Shown in pieces: positions 1 through 10,200 of a stretch of DNA of 64,000 nt; position 1 is the first letter of the stretch, and each line of letters starts with the position of its first letter. The translations under genes were made by a program, and so were the position numbers. The stretch covers positions 1,305,405-1,369,404 of the forward strand of contig NW_015167538.1 in assembly GCF_001447785.1 (NCBI RefSeq), in the 5' to 3' direction. The notes under the pieces are model-generated. The model was not told the origin of the DNA and ran no database searches. It was given only the letters and a program-made list of their open reading frames with translations. Source of the DNA: Gekko japonicus (lineage: Eukaryota).

Positions 1-39
1 CCAAAATGAACCAGATCAAGATGGGTAGCCATGTGACCT

Positions 40-240
40 GACCTGGATAGCCCAGACAAGCCCAATCTCGTCAGATTTCAGAAGCTAAGCAGGGTCAACT
101 CTGGCAAGTACTTGGATGGGAGACCTCCAGAGAATACCAGAGGCGAGAGGTGGGGGCAGGATTTTCAGCCACCTCTCTGAATATCCTCCAGGCCCCCAGT
201 AGGGGTCAGTCACCAGAGGTAACCATGACTTCCAGGTGCA
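40..240 (+). mobile_element. 5S rRNA-derived SINE; related copies 2600-2800, 16115-16315, 61920-62135(-)
   Basis: ATCTCGTCAGATTTCAGAAGCTAAGCAGGGTC...GTACTTGGATGGGAGACC resembles the 5S internal promoter, followed by non-5S body. Confidence 0.7.
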
Positions 241-279
241 CACACACTCACATGCACACACACATATATATTTCTAAAA

Positions 280-485
280 GATGGGTAGCCACGTTAGTCT
301 GTCAGCAGCAGTAGAAAAGAGTCCAGTAGCACCTTAAAGATTAACACAATTTGTGGCAGGGTATGAGCTTTCGTGAGTCACTGCTCACTTCTTTAGATAT
401 CTGAAGAAGTAACAGTGACTCACGAAAGCTCATACTCTGCCACAAATTGTGTTAGTCTTTAAGGTGCTACTGGACTCTTGCTCTT
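280..485. mobile_element. Palindromic Penelope-derived non-autonomous repeat with degenerate hammerhead motifs
   Basis: Inverted repeat ~319-478 centred on AGATATCT; CTGAAGA...CACGAAAGCTC; related pieces at 22450-22580, 42638-42760, 58610-58690, 59620-59700. Confidence 0.7.
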
Positions 486-1034
486 TCCAAAATGAACTAG
501 AATCTATAAATATCCACGTGGTTCCAGCTACCACCCTGAACACACCACACAATCCACTGTCTGTACTACTCTGTAGACAAGCAATACAATATAATCGCAT
601 TTGCTCCAATTCCTTGGACAGGGACACACTCTTGAACGATTTACATTGTAATCCTGAAGACTGCCCAAAACCTATGCCAACAAAGTGAAGGAATATATCA
701 GCTGGTACCCAGAAGTCAACTACAAGAAAGGCCCAAATGAGATTAAAAATATATATGTATCTGTGGTTGTCACCTGAAAGCTCCCAACACAGATGAGTCT
801 AATGCATCAGTGATTTACAGCTTGGTGCTAGACCTTTTCTTGTGTATATGGACTCCCAACCTAAAATGCCTTACCAATAACTACAGAGCCCTTAAGACAC
901 ACATCTCCAGGAAGCAGGCTCTGCAATGAGCCCAGATAACCTCATGTGCTCTCTAGCAAAACTACCAGACCTAATAACATAAAGTATAACATCCTGGGCT
1001 CATCTGCCCAGGAAGTCCATTGCAATGGAAGATA

Positions 1035-1517
1035 GGCGGATTTTCCGGGCGCGATCTCACCGCCACATCTGGGAAGCGTAGAGCTCCCGTGGCTCAACTG
1101 AGGCTTCCCACAGAAGATGCGCGGCAAAAAAACTAGTACCTCGGAGGTACTAGTTTCCGGAAACCGCGGGGCAAGGGCCGGCGTCTGAGCGTGTTTACGG
1201 TGGCATCCGGCGCCCGCCCATGGCCCATTGCAAAAACGTTTTTTCCCCCCGAGTTCTCCAGGGATGCGCACAAGCACCCAACGAGGCACGCGCATACTTT
1301 AGGTTAAAAAAAACCAAACACAACCCCGTTTGCCGTGCTGCTTCTTTGGCGCGTCGTGTGATCAGCACCTCCCCCCTAACCACGGGACCTCGCCGGGACC
1401 GCAAGGGGATGCCTGATCGCGCAGTTGCACGTTTTTTCACTGCGGGGCAAACAGCCACGCCTCCCCCCCCCCCCCCCCCAAACCCCCCCCCCGGCGCCGG
1501 GCGCGTGAAATTAGCAG
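1035..1517. mobile_element. CpG-rich putative DNA-transposon derivative with internal hairpin
   Basis: Sharp CpG-rich block in AT-rich intron, degenerate TIR-like ends, 13-bp perfect inverted repeat at ~1130-1156. Confidence 0.5.
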
Positions 1518-3487
1518 TAAGGTATAAGTAGGAGTGTTAAACTTAAGATATATTGGTTACGATACCTACTGCCTTTGTTCTCCAGTAGACAGATTTACAT
1601 TTTGGTTGTGGTCAACCCAAACAGGAAACAGATAGTTCAAACAGGAAAGAGAAGATTAAGCACTCAATTGATTATGAGGATAGCTTTAATGGGAAGGCTA
1701 ATTAACAGCACGAATGGCTTTGTTATATGAGTTGATATTGTGATTTATTATTATTATTGACATCAGAAAAATGAATTAGGTCTTGAAATATAGTAAGAGA
1801 GTTAAAGGGAAAAAGAATATAAAATGTAAGGAAGGTGTAATTATTTTTGTCAACGTACTTGTGATTTTTGTGATGTAGTTAATGGTATGAGTATATTATG
1901 TATCTTTGTTTGTCTGAAAATTAATAAATAGATTATTTTTTAAAAAAAATTGAATGAAGTAGAAGCAGAATAGATTTGGCAACTTGTAGAAGACTATTAT
2001 CAAAGAATGTTATATTCACTTCTTGTTGTAGAATAACTTGTAAATAATTTGTAAGATTTTGAAATAAATAAAAAAATTAATTGGGAAAAAAAACTGTGAA
2101 TGGCCCAAGGTCACCCAGCAGGTTTCACGCGGAGAAGTGGGGAATCAAACCCAGTTCTCCAGATTACTGTCCATCGCTCTTAACCACTACATCACACCAC
2201 ACTGTTTTTAGAGAATAGCACTGGCAACTCACAGGGTGCTTAAACTTCATTAGAAGAAGGGCTGAGAAGGTTATGGGGGAATCAACTCAAAGATGGCTAT
2301 GGCGACAGGAACTAACAGGATAATAAATCTGGAAAGTAAATCTCAAAGGCCCTGGGGACTATCTACACATTAGGCAGTTTCCATGTCTGTAATAGGTCCC
2401 GCCAAAACCAGACATGCACTGGCAGTCCTGTGTCTGGAGCCTCCAGCAATTTTTGAAACTCAATTCTCAGGTGTGTAGCCCCCCCCCCCCCCCAATTTGG
2501 ACTGGGACCACAGTGTATGGTGAGAGGCGGCTTAAGCCTTCCTCCAGTGCCTTTTTCCCGAATGGGGAAACCCGTGTGCACTGATAAGGTAAATGTAAGT
2601 TCCCCCGTGGGAAGGAAGGCAGCATGGTAAAGCCGATCTCATCAAATCTCAGAAGCTAAGCAGGGTCGGTACATGGAAGGGAGACCACCAAGCTAGACAA
2701 TATAGACAGAAAAAGGCAACAGCAAACCATCGCTCCTTCTCTCTTGCCTTAAAAGTTCCCTGCTGGGGTCGCCATAAGTTGTCTGCGAATTGACAACACT
2801 TTACACACACACACACACATTCCCACAGTGGAGCAAACAGTGGCTCCTGGAGAGCGGGGCCATGGCCAGCAGTGGGGCATTGGGGGCGGTACCCCCCATC
2901 ACATTTGCAGCGCCCCCACCCCAATCTTCCCTTTCTTGTTTTAAAATTAAGTATCTTCTTGATTAAGCCATGCCAATTCGGGCCGCCGCTGCAGTGGCCT
3001 GATGGGATTTCCTTCCTGGGGCACGAGGTGCTACTGCGCAATGCTGCCTTCCTCCCGTCTCCTCCCATACCCCGGAGAAGTACCTGGCCTTGTGGGGCTT
3101 GGTGAGGGTTGACAAGCTCGCCGCCCACTACCCTGCCTGCCTTGGACGGCAAACGGGGACAAAGGATGACTGGAGGAGGCAGGCAGGGCAGAATGGCCGG
3201 GAGCTGAATTTCCTTTTCTTGGTAGGACATCCCCCGGAACTTTCTTCTGAGTAGCTTCCAGGAGTGGGCATAGCCTAAGCGTTAAATTAAAATAAATCTC
3301 CTGCGGTAAGGGAGGCAAGAGGTAGCATCTGGGAAGTAAATCCTTACCAAGGTAAGGGGAGACAGAAGTAAGAGCAGATGCAGGGGAACAACGTGGAATG
3401 CTCTTGGTAGGAACATTTAACCCCATGTACACTTGGTAGACAGAAAGAAACAGAATGGATGGAGATTGGGAATTTGACTTTATGCAT

Positions 3488-3778
3488 GTTTGTTTAGACT
3501 AAGCCTTCAATGGGACTGACTTAGAATTTTAATTAGACACCACCACCACCCGAAAAATTCTTCTACTGGCCTGCTGGAGGAGCTGTTTCAGGACAGGAAA
3601 GCAGTACAGGAGGGAGGCTTTTTTTTTTTTTTGTTTGTTTAGACTAAGCCTTCAATGGGACTGACTTAGAATTTTAATTAGACACCACCACCACCCGAAA
3701 AATTCTTCTACTGGCCTGCTGGAGGAGCTGTTTCAGGACAGGAAAGCAGTACAGGAGGGAGGCTTTTTTTTTTTTTTT
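3488..3778. repeat. Perfect 145-bp tandem duplication ending in poly-T
   Basis: 3488-3632 equals 3633-3778 apart from T-run length (14 vs 15). Confidence 0.95.
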
Positions 3779-6205
3779 AAATCCCCGAAGGGATATTTTT
3801 ATTTTTACAATAAATTTTATTTATTTATTTATTTATTTACATTTATAACCCGCCCTCCCCGCGAATGGGCTCAGGGCGGCGTACAGATGGGACCATTGCC
3901 CAATTCATAAAACATTAAAACTGCATTTTAAAAACATTAAAAACTACAAAACTACAAAGAAAATATTAGGGAAGGGTAATATGTTAGGTGTTATGAGAGA
4001 ACTTTCTGATCAGCTTCTTGTTCTTTTGCTTCAAAAGGCTATTTTCCGAGTCCTTCTGCCTTTACTTCGGCTTTCTGTCTCTAAAGTCATATACAACTCT
4101 GGCAGCACCTGCTCAGCAGAGTCCTCTTCCGTTCCAGAGGTAGCAGAGTCACTAGATTTCGTTTCCTCCTCCTTGGACTCTTCCTCTGTTCCCAACTGGC
4201 GCCGCAAAAACTCTTTAGCTTTGAAAGTGGAATCTATCTTCTCTCTTTTATCGTTGATCTTAAAGATGACACCCTCTGGAATCGCCCACCGATACGAAAT
4301 TCCATTAGTTTGAAGAAAATAAATTAAATCCTTATAATTTTTCCTCTTTCATTGAATTTCAAATGGAATGTCTTTTAAGGTTTTAATGGTTATATTTCCC
4401 ATTTTTAGTGGAGTTGCTGATGTCGCTTTTAAGATGGCATCTCTGGTCTGTCTTCTTGAGAATCTGAACACAATTTCTCCAGGCAGGCTATTTTTTTAAA
4501 TATAATTGGAGTATGCCCTACAGGTCATCTCCATTTCTTTTACCAACTCATCCGCTGTTAAGCCTATAGCTGGAGCGATGATCTCGCTAAGCAACCTCCT
4601 CAGGTCCTCCTTCTCTGCTTCAGGAACTCCCTGGAACCTGAGAATCATGTTAGCTTTTTCCATCTGTAGTTGCAGCAAACAACTTTCTTGGGGGTTTTGC
4701 TTTGTTTCAACTTCTCCCATTCTTTTCTTCATCTTCTTACTTGTGGTGTCTATCTCTTTAATTTTCTCAGTTACCTGCTCCACTTTCTTCTCCATTTCTT
4801 TCAGTTGGAGCTGCTGAGATGCAAAGTTCTTATTCATCACAGTCAGTTGCTGGTTAATACCATCGAGTTGTTTAATCACCGGCTTGAGCATATCCACTAA
4901 CATTTTAATGATGTCTGCTCCCTCTTCCGGTTTTGGGCTCTGACTGCCCGGTGGTTGTTTTCAGCTTTCTCTGCTGGGCCGCCATTTTTTCCGATTTGTT
5001 TACAATTTCTAACGCTTCTTCCCGGCTCGAAAAGTCGCCCCACGATGACGGTAATCAAGTAAGTCTCTCAAAACACATTCGTTGTGTTTCCTCCCCTCTC
5101 CCCCTACGTATTGTTTATCAGTTCATTCACATAAGAGGCGTCCCTCTTTGCGTCCGCTTTTACCTGGCGGGGGGGGGGGAGTCCACTTTTGCAGTATTCT
5201 GGTTTATTCTGAACTCACATTCATTGTCGGTCAGTTTCTCTGACCTCACTCACTTAAACGCTATTCTGCTCGATCTCCGGCGCTTGTCCCAGTCAAACCA
5301 GCTAGTGCCCGAAGACCACACAGTGTCTGGACTGTCAGGGCGGAGGGGAGCCTCAATTCTCCGGCATTACGCCATTGTCCCGTTCCCGATGTCCGGGACC
5401 CGGAGACCCCCGGGGGACGGCAAGGGAAAGAAGGACCCCCGACCCCAGGCCCCCGCACTAACTCACCAGGCAGCGGCCGATCGGCAGACCGGGATGCGGC
5501 GAGGAGCGGAGAGCGGAACGGCGGGCGCGCCCGGAGCGGGCGGCGCAGCCCGAGAGGGGCCGCAAGTGTCGAGAGCCCCGGGGACACCGCCGAAGCCGAC
5601 GGAGAGGGCCGGAAACCGCGAGGCGGCGGCGGCGGCGCGGCCGAGGAGCCGCTGAGACCACCGCCGGCATCCCTACCTGGAGGCGGGGAACGCCCTGTCG
5701 GCGTTCCTCCATATGAGGGGGGGCGGGGCTTGCGTCCGGGGGAGGAAGGGGCGGCACCGGGTGTACGGCACGGGAATAAAGGTCCGGCAGAGACGGGGGC
5801 CGGGGAGGAGTGGATGCGGTGGCGATCACGACGCTGAGAGAGAGACAGAGGTGATCGTAGCATCCAGGCAGAGGGACAGTGGGGGTGCCGTCAACCCCGT
5901 CCCCTGCCAGTCTGAGGTCCCACGCTTGCCGCAAATTCCCGTGCAAACCTCCGGACGTTGCTTCCTCGCTCGGGACGGCCCGCCGGTGCAACGGCCTCTG
6001 GGGGCGCCCCTCCCCGGGACGCGTCAGAGCCCGACAACGCCATCGAAGAGGCTACCCCTCAAAAGCCCCCTGGCCTGGAGCCTATCACAAAGGCTCCGTG
6101 GGGGTGTCACTTGAGATGGCACCCCTCCAAGGCGCTGGTGTGCAGATCGCTCTCCCGCGGTTCGGGGAGAATGTCCGCCATCGCTGCTCCATAAACCGGA
6201 AGTCC
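3764..6205 (-). mobile_element. L1-clade ORF1-only (HAL1-like) retroelement, degenerate, in FKBP6 intron 4
   Basis: Poly(A) 3764-3778; ORF1p-like coiled coil + LRFQGVPE RRM motif + C-terminal domain (~3990-4985) with frameshifts and TGA stops; no ORF2; CpG-rich 5' region starting GGACTTCCGG...ATGGCG. Confidence 0.75.
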
Positions 6206-6462
6206 AGGATACCCCTCCACCAATCCAAATACCCCTCCACCAATCCAAATCAGGCTCCCATGCACCTGAGAATTAAGTTTCAAAATGGAAGTCTCTGTGC
6301 ATAGCGGGCTTGGCAGAACTGAGGGCAGATCTGAAAACAGTGTAACATGTTGCTAAGTTCTTTATTATTCATGATATTCATTAGGCGGCCTGGAACAGAA
6401 GTGGTGAGGAGACACTCATGCAATTCCCCCCTTCCTTGATTGCTCCAACTGTAGGTTATGGG

Positions 6463-6666
6463 CAGTGTTCCCTCTAAGCTGAGTTAGCGTGAGCGAGTTC
6501 AGTTTTTAAGCCTCCAGCTCACACATTTTTGTCTCAGCTCAGGAAGGAGGGCTCCAGAGCAAACTAATTTATGCAGCAGCCAAATGGCTCGCTCACAGCT
6601 TTCATGCCAGTAGCTCACAAAGTAGAATTTTTGCTCACAAGACTCCACAGCTTAGAGGGAGCATTG
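6463..6666. mobile_element. hAT-type MITE (TIR CAGTGTTCCCTCTAAG)
   Basis: 8-bp TSD GTTATGGG on both sides. Confidence 0.9.
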
Positions 6667-7039
6667 GTTATGGGCGTTAAGAAAGTTTACACCCTACTCT
6701 CCTCCACAGCATAAGAACTATTTTTTTGCCTGCTGATGCTTGGCTGTTTTAGGGGGTTTTATGCTTTTAATAGGCTTTTCTGCCTTCTCATTTTCTTCAC
6801 TTGTAAGGTCCTGTTTCGGGGGAGGGGTGTCTGTTCTGCATGTGTTGGGCTCCCTCTAGTGGTCGACTCAATATTACAGTGTTTTATGTCAGGCATATCT
6901 CCCTGCAGATTTAAACTGCACATTATTTTGCTGGACATAACCTGTTTGAACCCTGACTAGGACTTTGATGTTTCACATTAGGCAGTGCAAAAAGGCCTAC
7001 ACCAGTTCAGACAACTCGGAACTTAGCTGATTATCTTAC

Positions 7040-7242
7040 AGGAGTCAGCTCGAAGAATTCTTCAGATTCTGCGGTGTCTAAGAAATCCAAAAGTTCAATC
7101 TCAAACAAGACGGTGGCGTTGGGAGGGATCAACGGTGGGCAGCCAGTCATTCCAAAGGCATAAGGTGACCTGAAGAGAAATCGTGCCAGCTCCCCTCTCT
7201 TCATTGTCAGGAGCCCAACTATCATACCCCGCAGTGTGATTT
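7040..7242 (-). CDS. FKBP6: FKBP6 exon 4
   Basis: 203 nt, ITLRGM...GCPPLIPPNATVLFEIELLDFLD, CAG/GTAAG. Confidence 0.95.
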
Positions 7243-10200
7243 CTGGAAAAATAAAAAAGGAGATACTAAGTTATTTCTGAAACGCATATGCCATGCTACC
7301 ATTCCCATGATTCCCCAACATGGCACCCTCTTCCTTCTCCAAAGCACAAAGCCAATCACGGTTTTCTTCCATCTTATTTAGAACAGAAGGTGTCTCAGAG
7401 AAGCCCCAGATGCATCACCTTTGTATCTACAGGAAGCCCCCATTTGAAAATAGTCGCTTCCATCGGAGGATGTTGTCATTTTGTTTTCCATTTTTACTTT
7501 TGTTTCCTAGGTAGCACAGGCTACAATACAAGCATGTTGTAAACACAAGTCCTTAAACAACTGAATAACATGTTTTGAATAATGAATAGTAAACCATTTC
7601 AAGTATAGAAAAGCGAGTTAACTGAACTGGAGATGGTGTCAGACAAGGAAGAAAACTTTATCTGCACCACTGGTGTGAATTGTGGCAGCCATTATGTGAT
7701 GGCACCCAATGCTCTTTCTCAAAATTCCAAAGGGGCCTACAGGCTCAACAAGGCTGGGGAACCTTGTAAGAGTCTCACGTATTCTAGACATGACAACAGG
7801 CATCAGAACTCCCATGCCAAGAGGCCTAAGGATGGGAAAGGAAGGAAGAAAAAAACGATAGCAGGTAGTACAGGATGATCATAAAAGAGTACAGGAAAAT
7901 ACACAAAAGACCTGGACAGGAGAAGGGAGGGAGTGAATTTCAGACAATCCATGACTGTTGTTAGTGGGCAGCATATGTTTACCAGTACAGAGCATGAATG
8001 GTTTTCGTGCGCCATGATACTATTCTATACTGTTCAGGGCTACTTTGCAAAACTGGACTCACCTTCACCAAGTTTCATGAGTCTTAGATTTTTTTTGAAG
8101 CAGTTTGTGTCAAAGGGTCTGTCCATGTGTTCCAAGTACCCCGAAAATTTCACTGAGAAAGTTCAAAATCAGAAGGGAACAAGTCAGTTTATAGGTAAGT
8201 TGGGAACACCCAACCTATTACTTATGTCATCAAGCAGACAACTGTTCACTCTCCTTTTTACCACATGCTAAATTTTGCTGTGCTTGATGAGAGAGAACAC
8301 AGCAGCTGCATTTGTCCTAAACAGCAAAATGGCATCAGATTTGTTCACATTACTTCAGGCCTTGGGGTATAGGTTAACCTGCACTTATTTCCAAACATGA
8401 AAACAGAAACTCGAGACTCTTCATACTTTGAAAACCTGAAGAAACTGCATGACAAATGGTCCTTTGCTCATTCTAAATACACAAGGGCCTTAAACTTAGA
8501 ACCAAACTAGATTAGTTTCCCTCCCATTGTCCTTCCACCAGCGGAAAGAGCAGCTGGGGAGGGCTTTTCACCCCTTTTCTCTGGTTCCATATGCCCCAGG
8601 AAGAACACGTGGAGCCAGAGAAAAGGGGCAAAAAGCCTCCCTTCACTGCCCTTCCCACTGGCAAAAGCCAGGTGGGAGGAAAACCAACTCCTTCTGTCCC
8701 CTCACAGTGCCAAGCAAACGAGTGCTTTTTAAGCTGAGTTCCTTGACAGATATTTTTGTCTCCAGGGTCCAGCGTACCTAAGGGACCGCCTTTCTCCATA
8801 TGTTCCCCCAAGAGTGCTACGGTCGGGGTTGCAGCACCTATTGATGGTTCCCGGCCCCAAGGACATCAAGCTGGCTGCAACCAGGGCCAGGGCTTTTTCG
8901 GCGGCGGCTCCTGTCTGGTGGAACGAGCTCCCCGAGCAGGTTCGGGCCCTGCGGGACCTGGCGCAGTTCCGCAGGGCTTGCAAGATGGAGCTCTTCCGCT
9001 AGGCCTTTGTATAGGAACCGCCGCCGTCACTGTACCACCACCGAGCTGCCATCCTCGACGGTGGACTAGATCTGGAGGTGAGCCGGCCCTGGGTAGACGC
9101 CCAGACGCCTAGGTAACCAAAGAATGCATGCTGTCAGGTTAGGTTAATGAATGAACCCATCTTGGATTGAGAACAAATTTTAACATCAAGAGCACCGCAC
9201 TTTACTTAATGATTGTTTTTATTGTGTAATGATTGTTTTATGATGTTTTAACTGTGGTTATGGCAATTGCCTTTGTTGTAGCCACCCTGAGCCTGCTGGG
9301 GAGGGCGAGGTATAAATCTAACAAATAAATAAATAAAATAAATAGTTAATGTGGGGACGGCAAGCCTCTGGAGGCATGCCCGGAGTTCAATGTTCCCACA
9401 GGGAGATTGGGCAGTAGTGCACAAGGTCTGCTGAGTCCACTGATAGAAGAAACTTGGCTAGAGTCGGGTAAGGATAAGGTGAGCCGTGGGCAGAGAACAT
9501 CCTGTTATTCTAGTTTAGAGTCTTCTGCTTGTAGCTTTTTCATATACAGGGCAAGGGGGAGGGAAAAGGAAAAAAGCCTTAATAAAATGCTGCTGGGCCA
9601 GTCCGGGTCAGACAAGCTTCTGCAGATCTGTGTGTCGTGTCGTTTTTTGAACCCTCAAGCCTTCAAGCTAATACATAAAATAGTTAATCCTTGCCTTGGG
9701 AAAACCAGGTTCCTAAATTTCTCAGTGTCAGCCAAATAAAATTCTGTTCCCTTAGTCGAGCTAGAAGTAGTTAGCACTAAGGAGTTTGCAACTGAGAGCA
9801 GAAAGAGGAGATTCAGATGGAGATTTCTGAGAAAGTTTTTCCTTTTGGGCATACCAATATAGTTAATGAAAATGATTAAACACTGAAATGGATGGAATTT
9901 TTCTCCCTGACTAGGACCAAAGCGCCTTTTCACCTTGTTCTCCCTTTCGCTCCTTTATTTTTCACAACAACCTTGTGAGGTAGATTATCCTGAGACTGTG
10001 ATAGGCCCAGGGTCAGCTGGTGAGGTTCCATGGCACAGCAGAATATGACCCCGATCATCCCAGGTCCCAGTCCAATATCCAACTGCTATGTCATACCAGC
10101 TTGTCTAGTGGAAGCACTAGACAAGACCGCCCACTGTGACAAATGAACAAAAGGCACTGTAAAGCTCAAATAAATTCTTGCAGTAACACAAGATGTTTCA

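Noticed and set aside
40-130. Possible 5S rRNA gene
   Set aside because: Diverged, lacks 5S ends and Pol III terminator, continues into a SINE body with dispersed copies
6209-6248. 20-bp tandem repeat as TSD of the ORF1-only element
   Set aside because: Both copies are on one side and do not match the sequence beside the poly(A) tail
4933-6304. Several overlapping 130-240 aa ORFs
   Set aside because: Expected in very GC-rich retroelement 5' sequence; no recognisable domain
1-7039. FKBP6 exon 5 and later TPR exons
   Set aside because: No matching translation found by eye; presumed beyond the window's left edge
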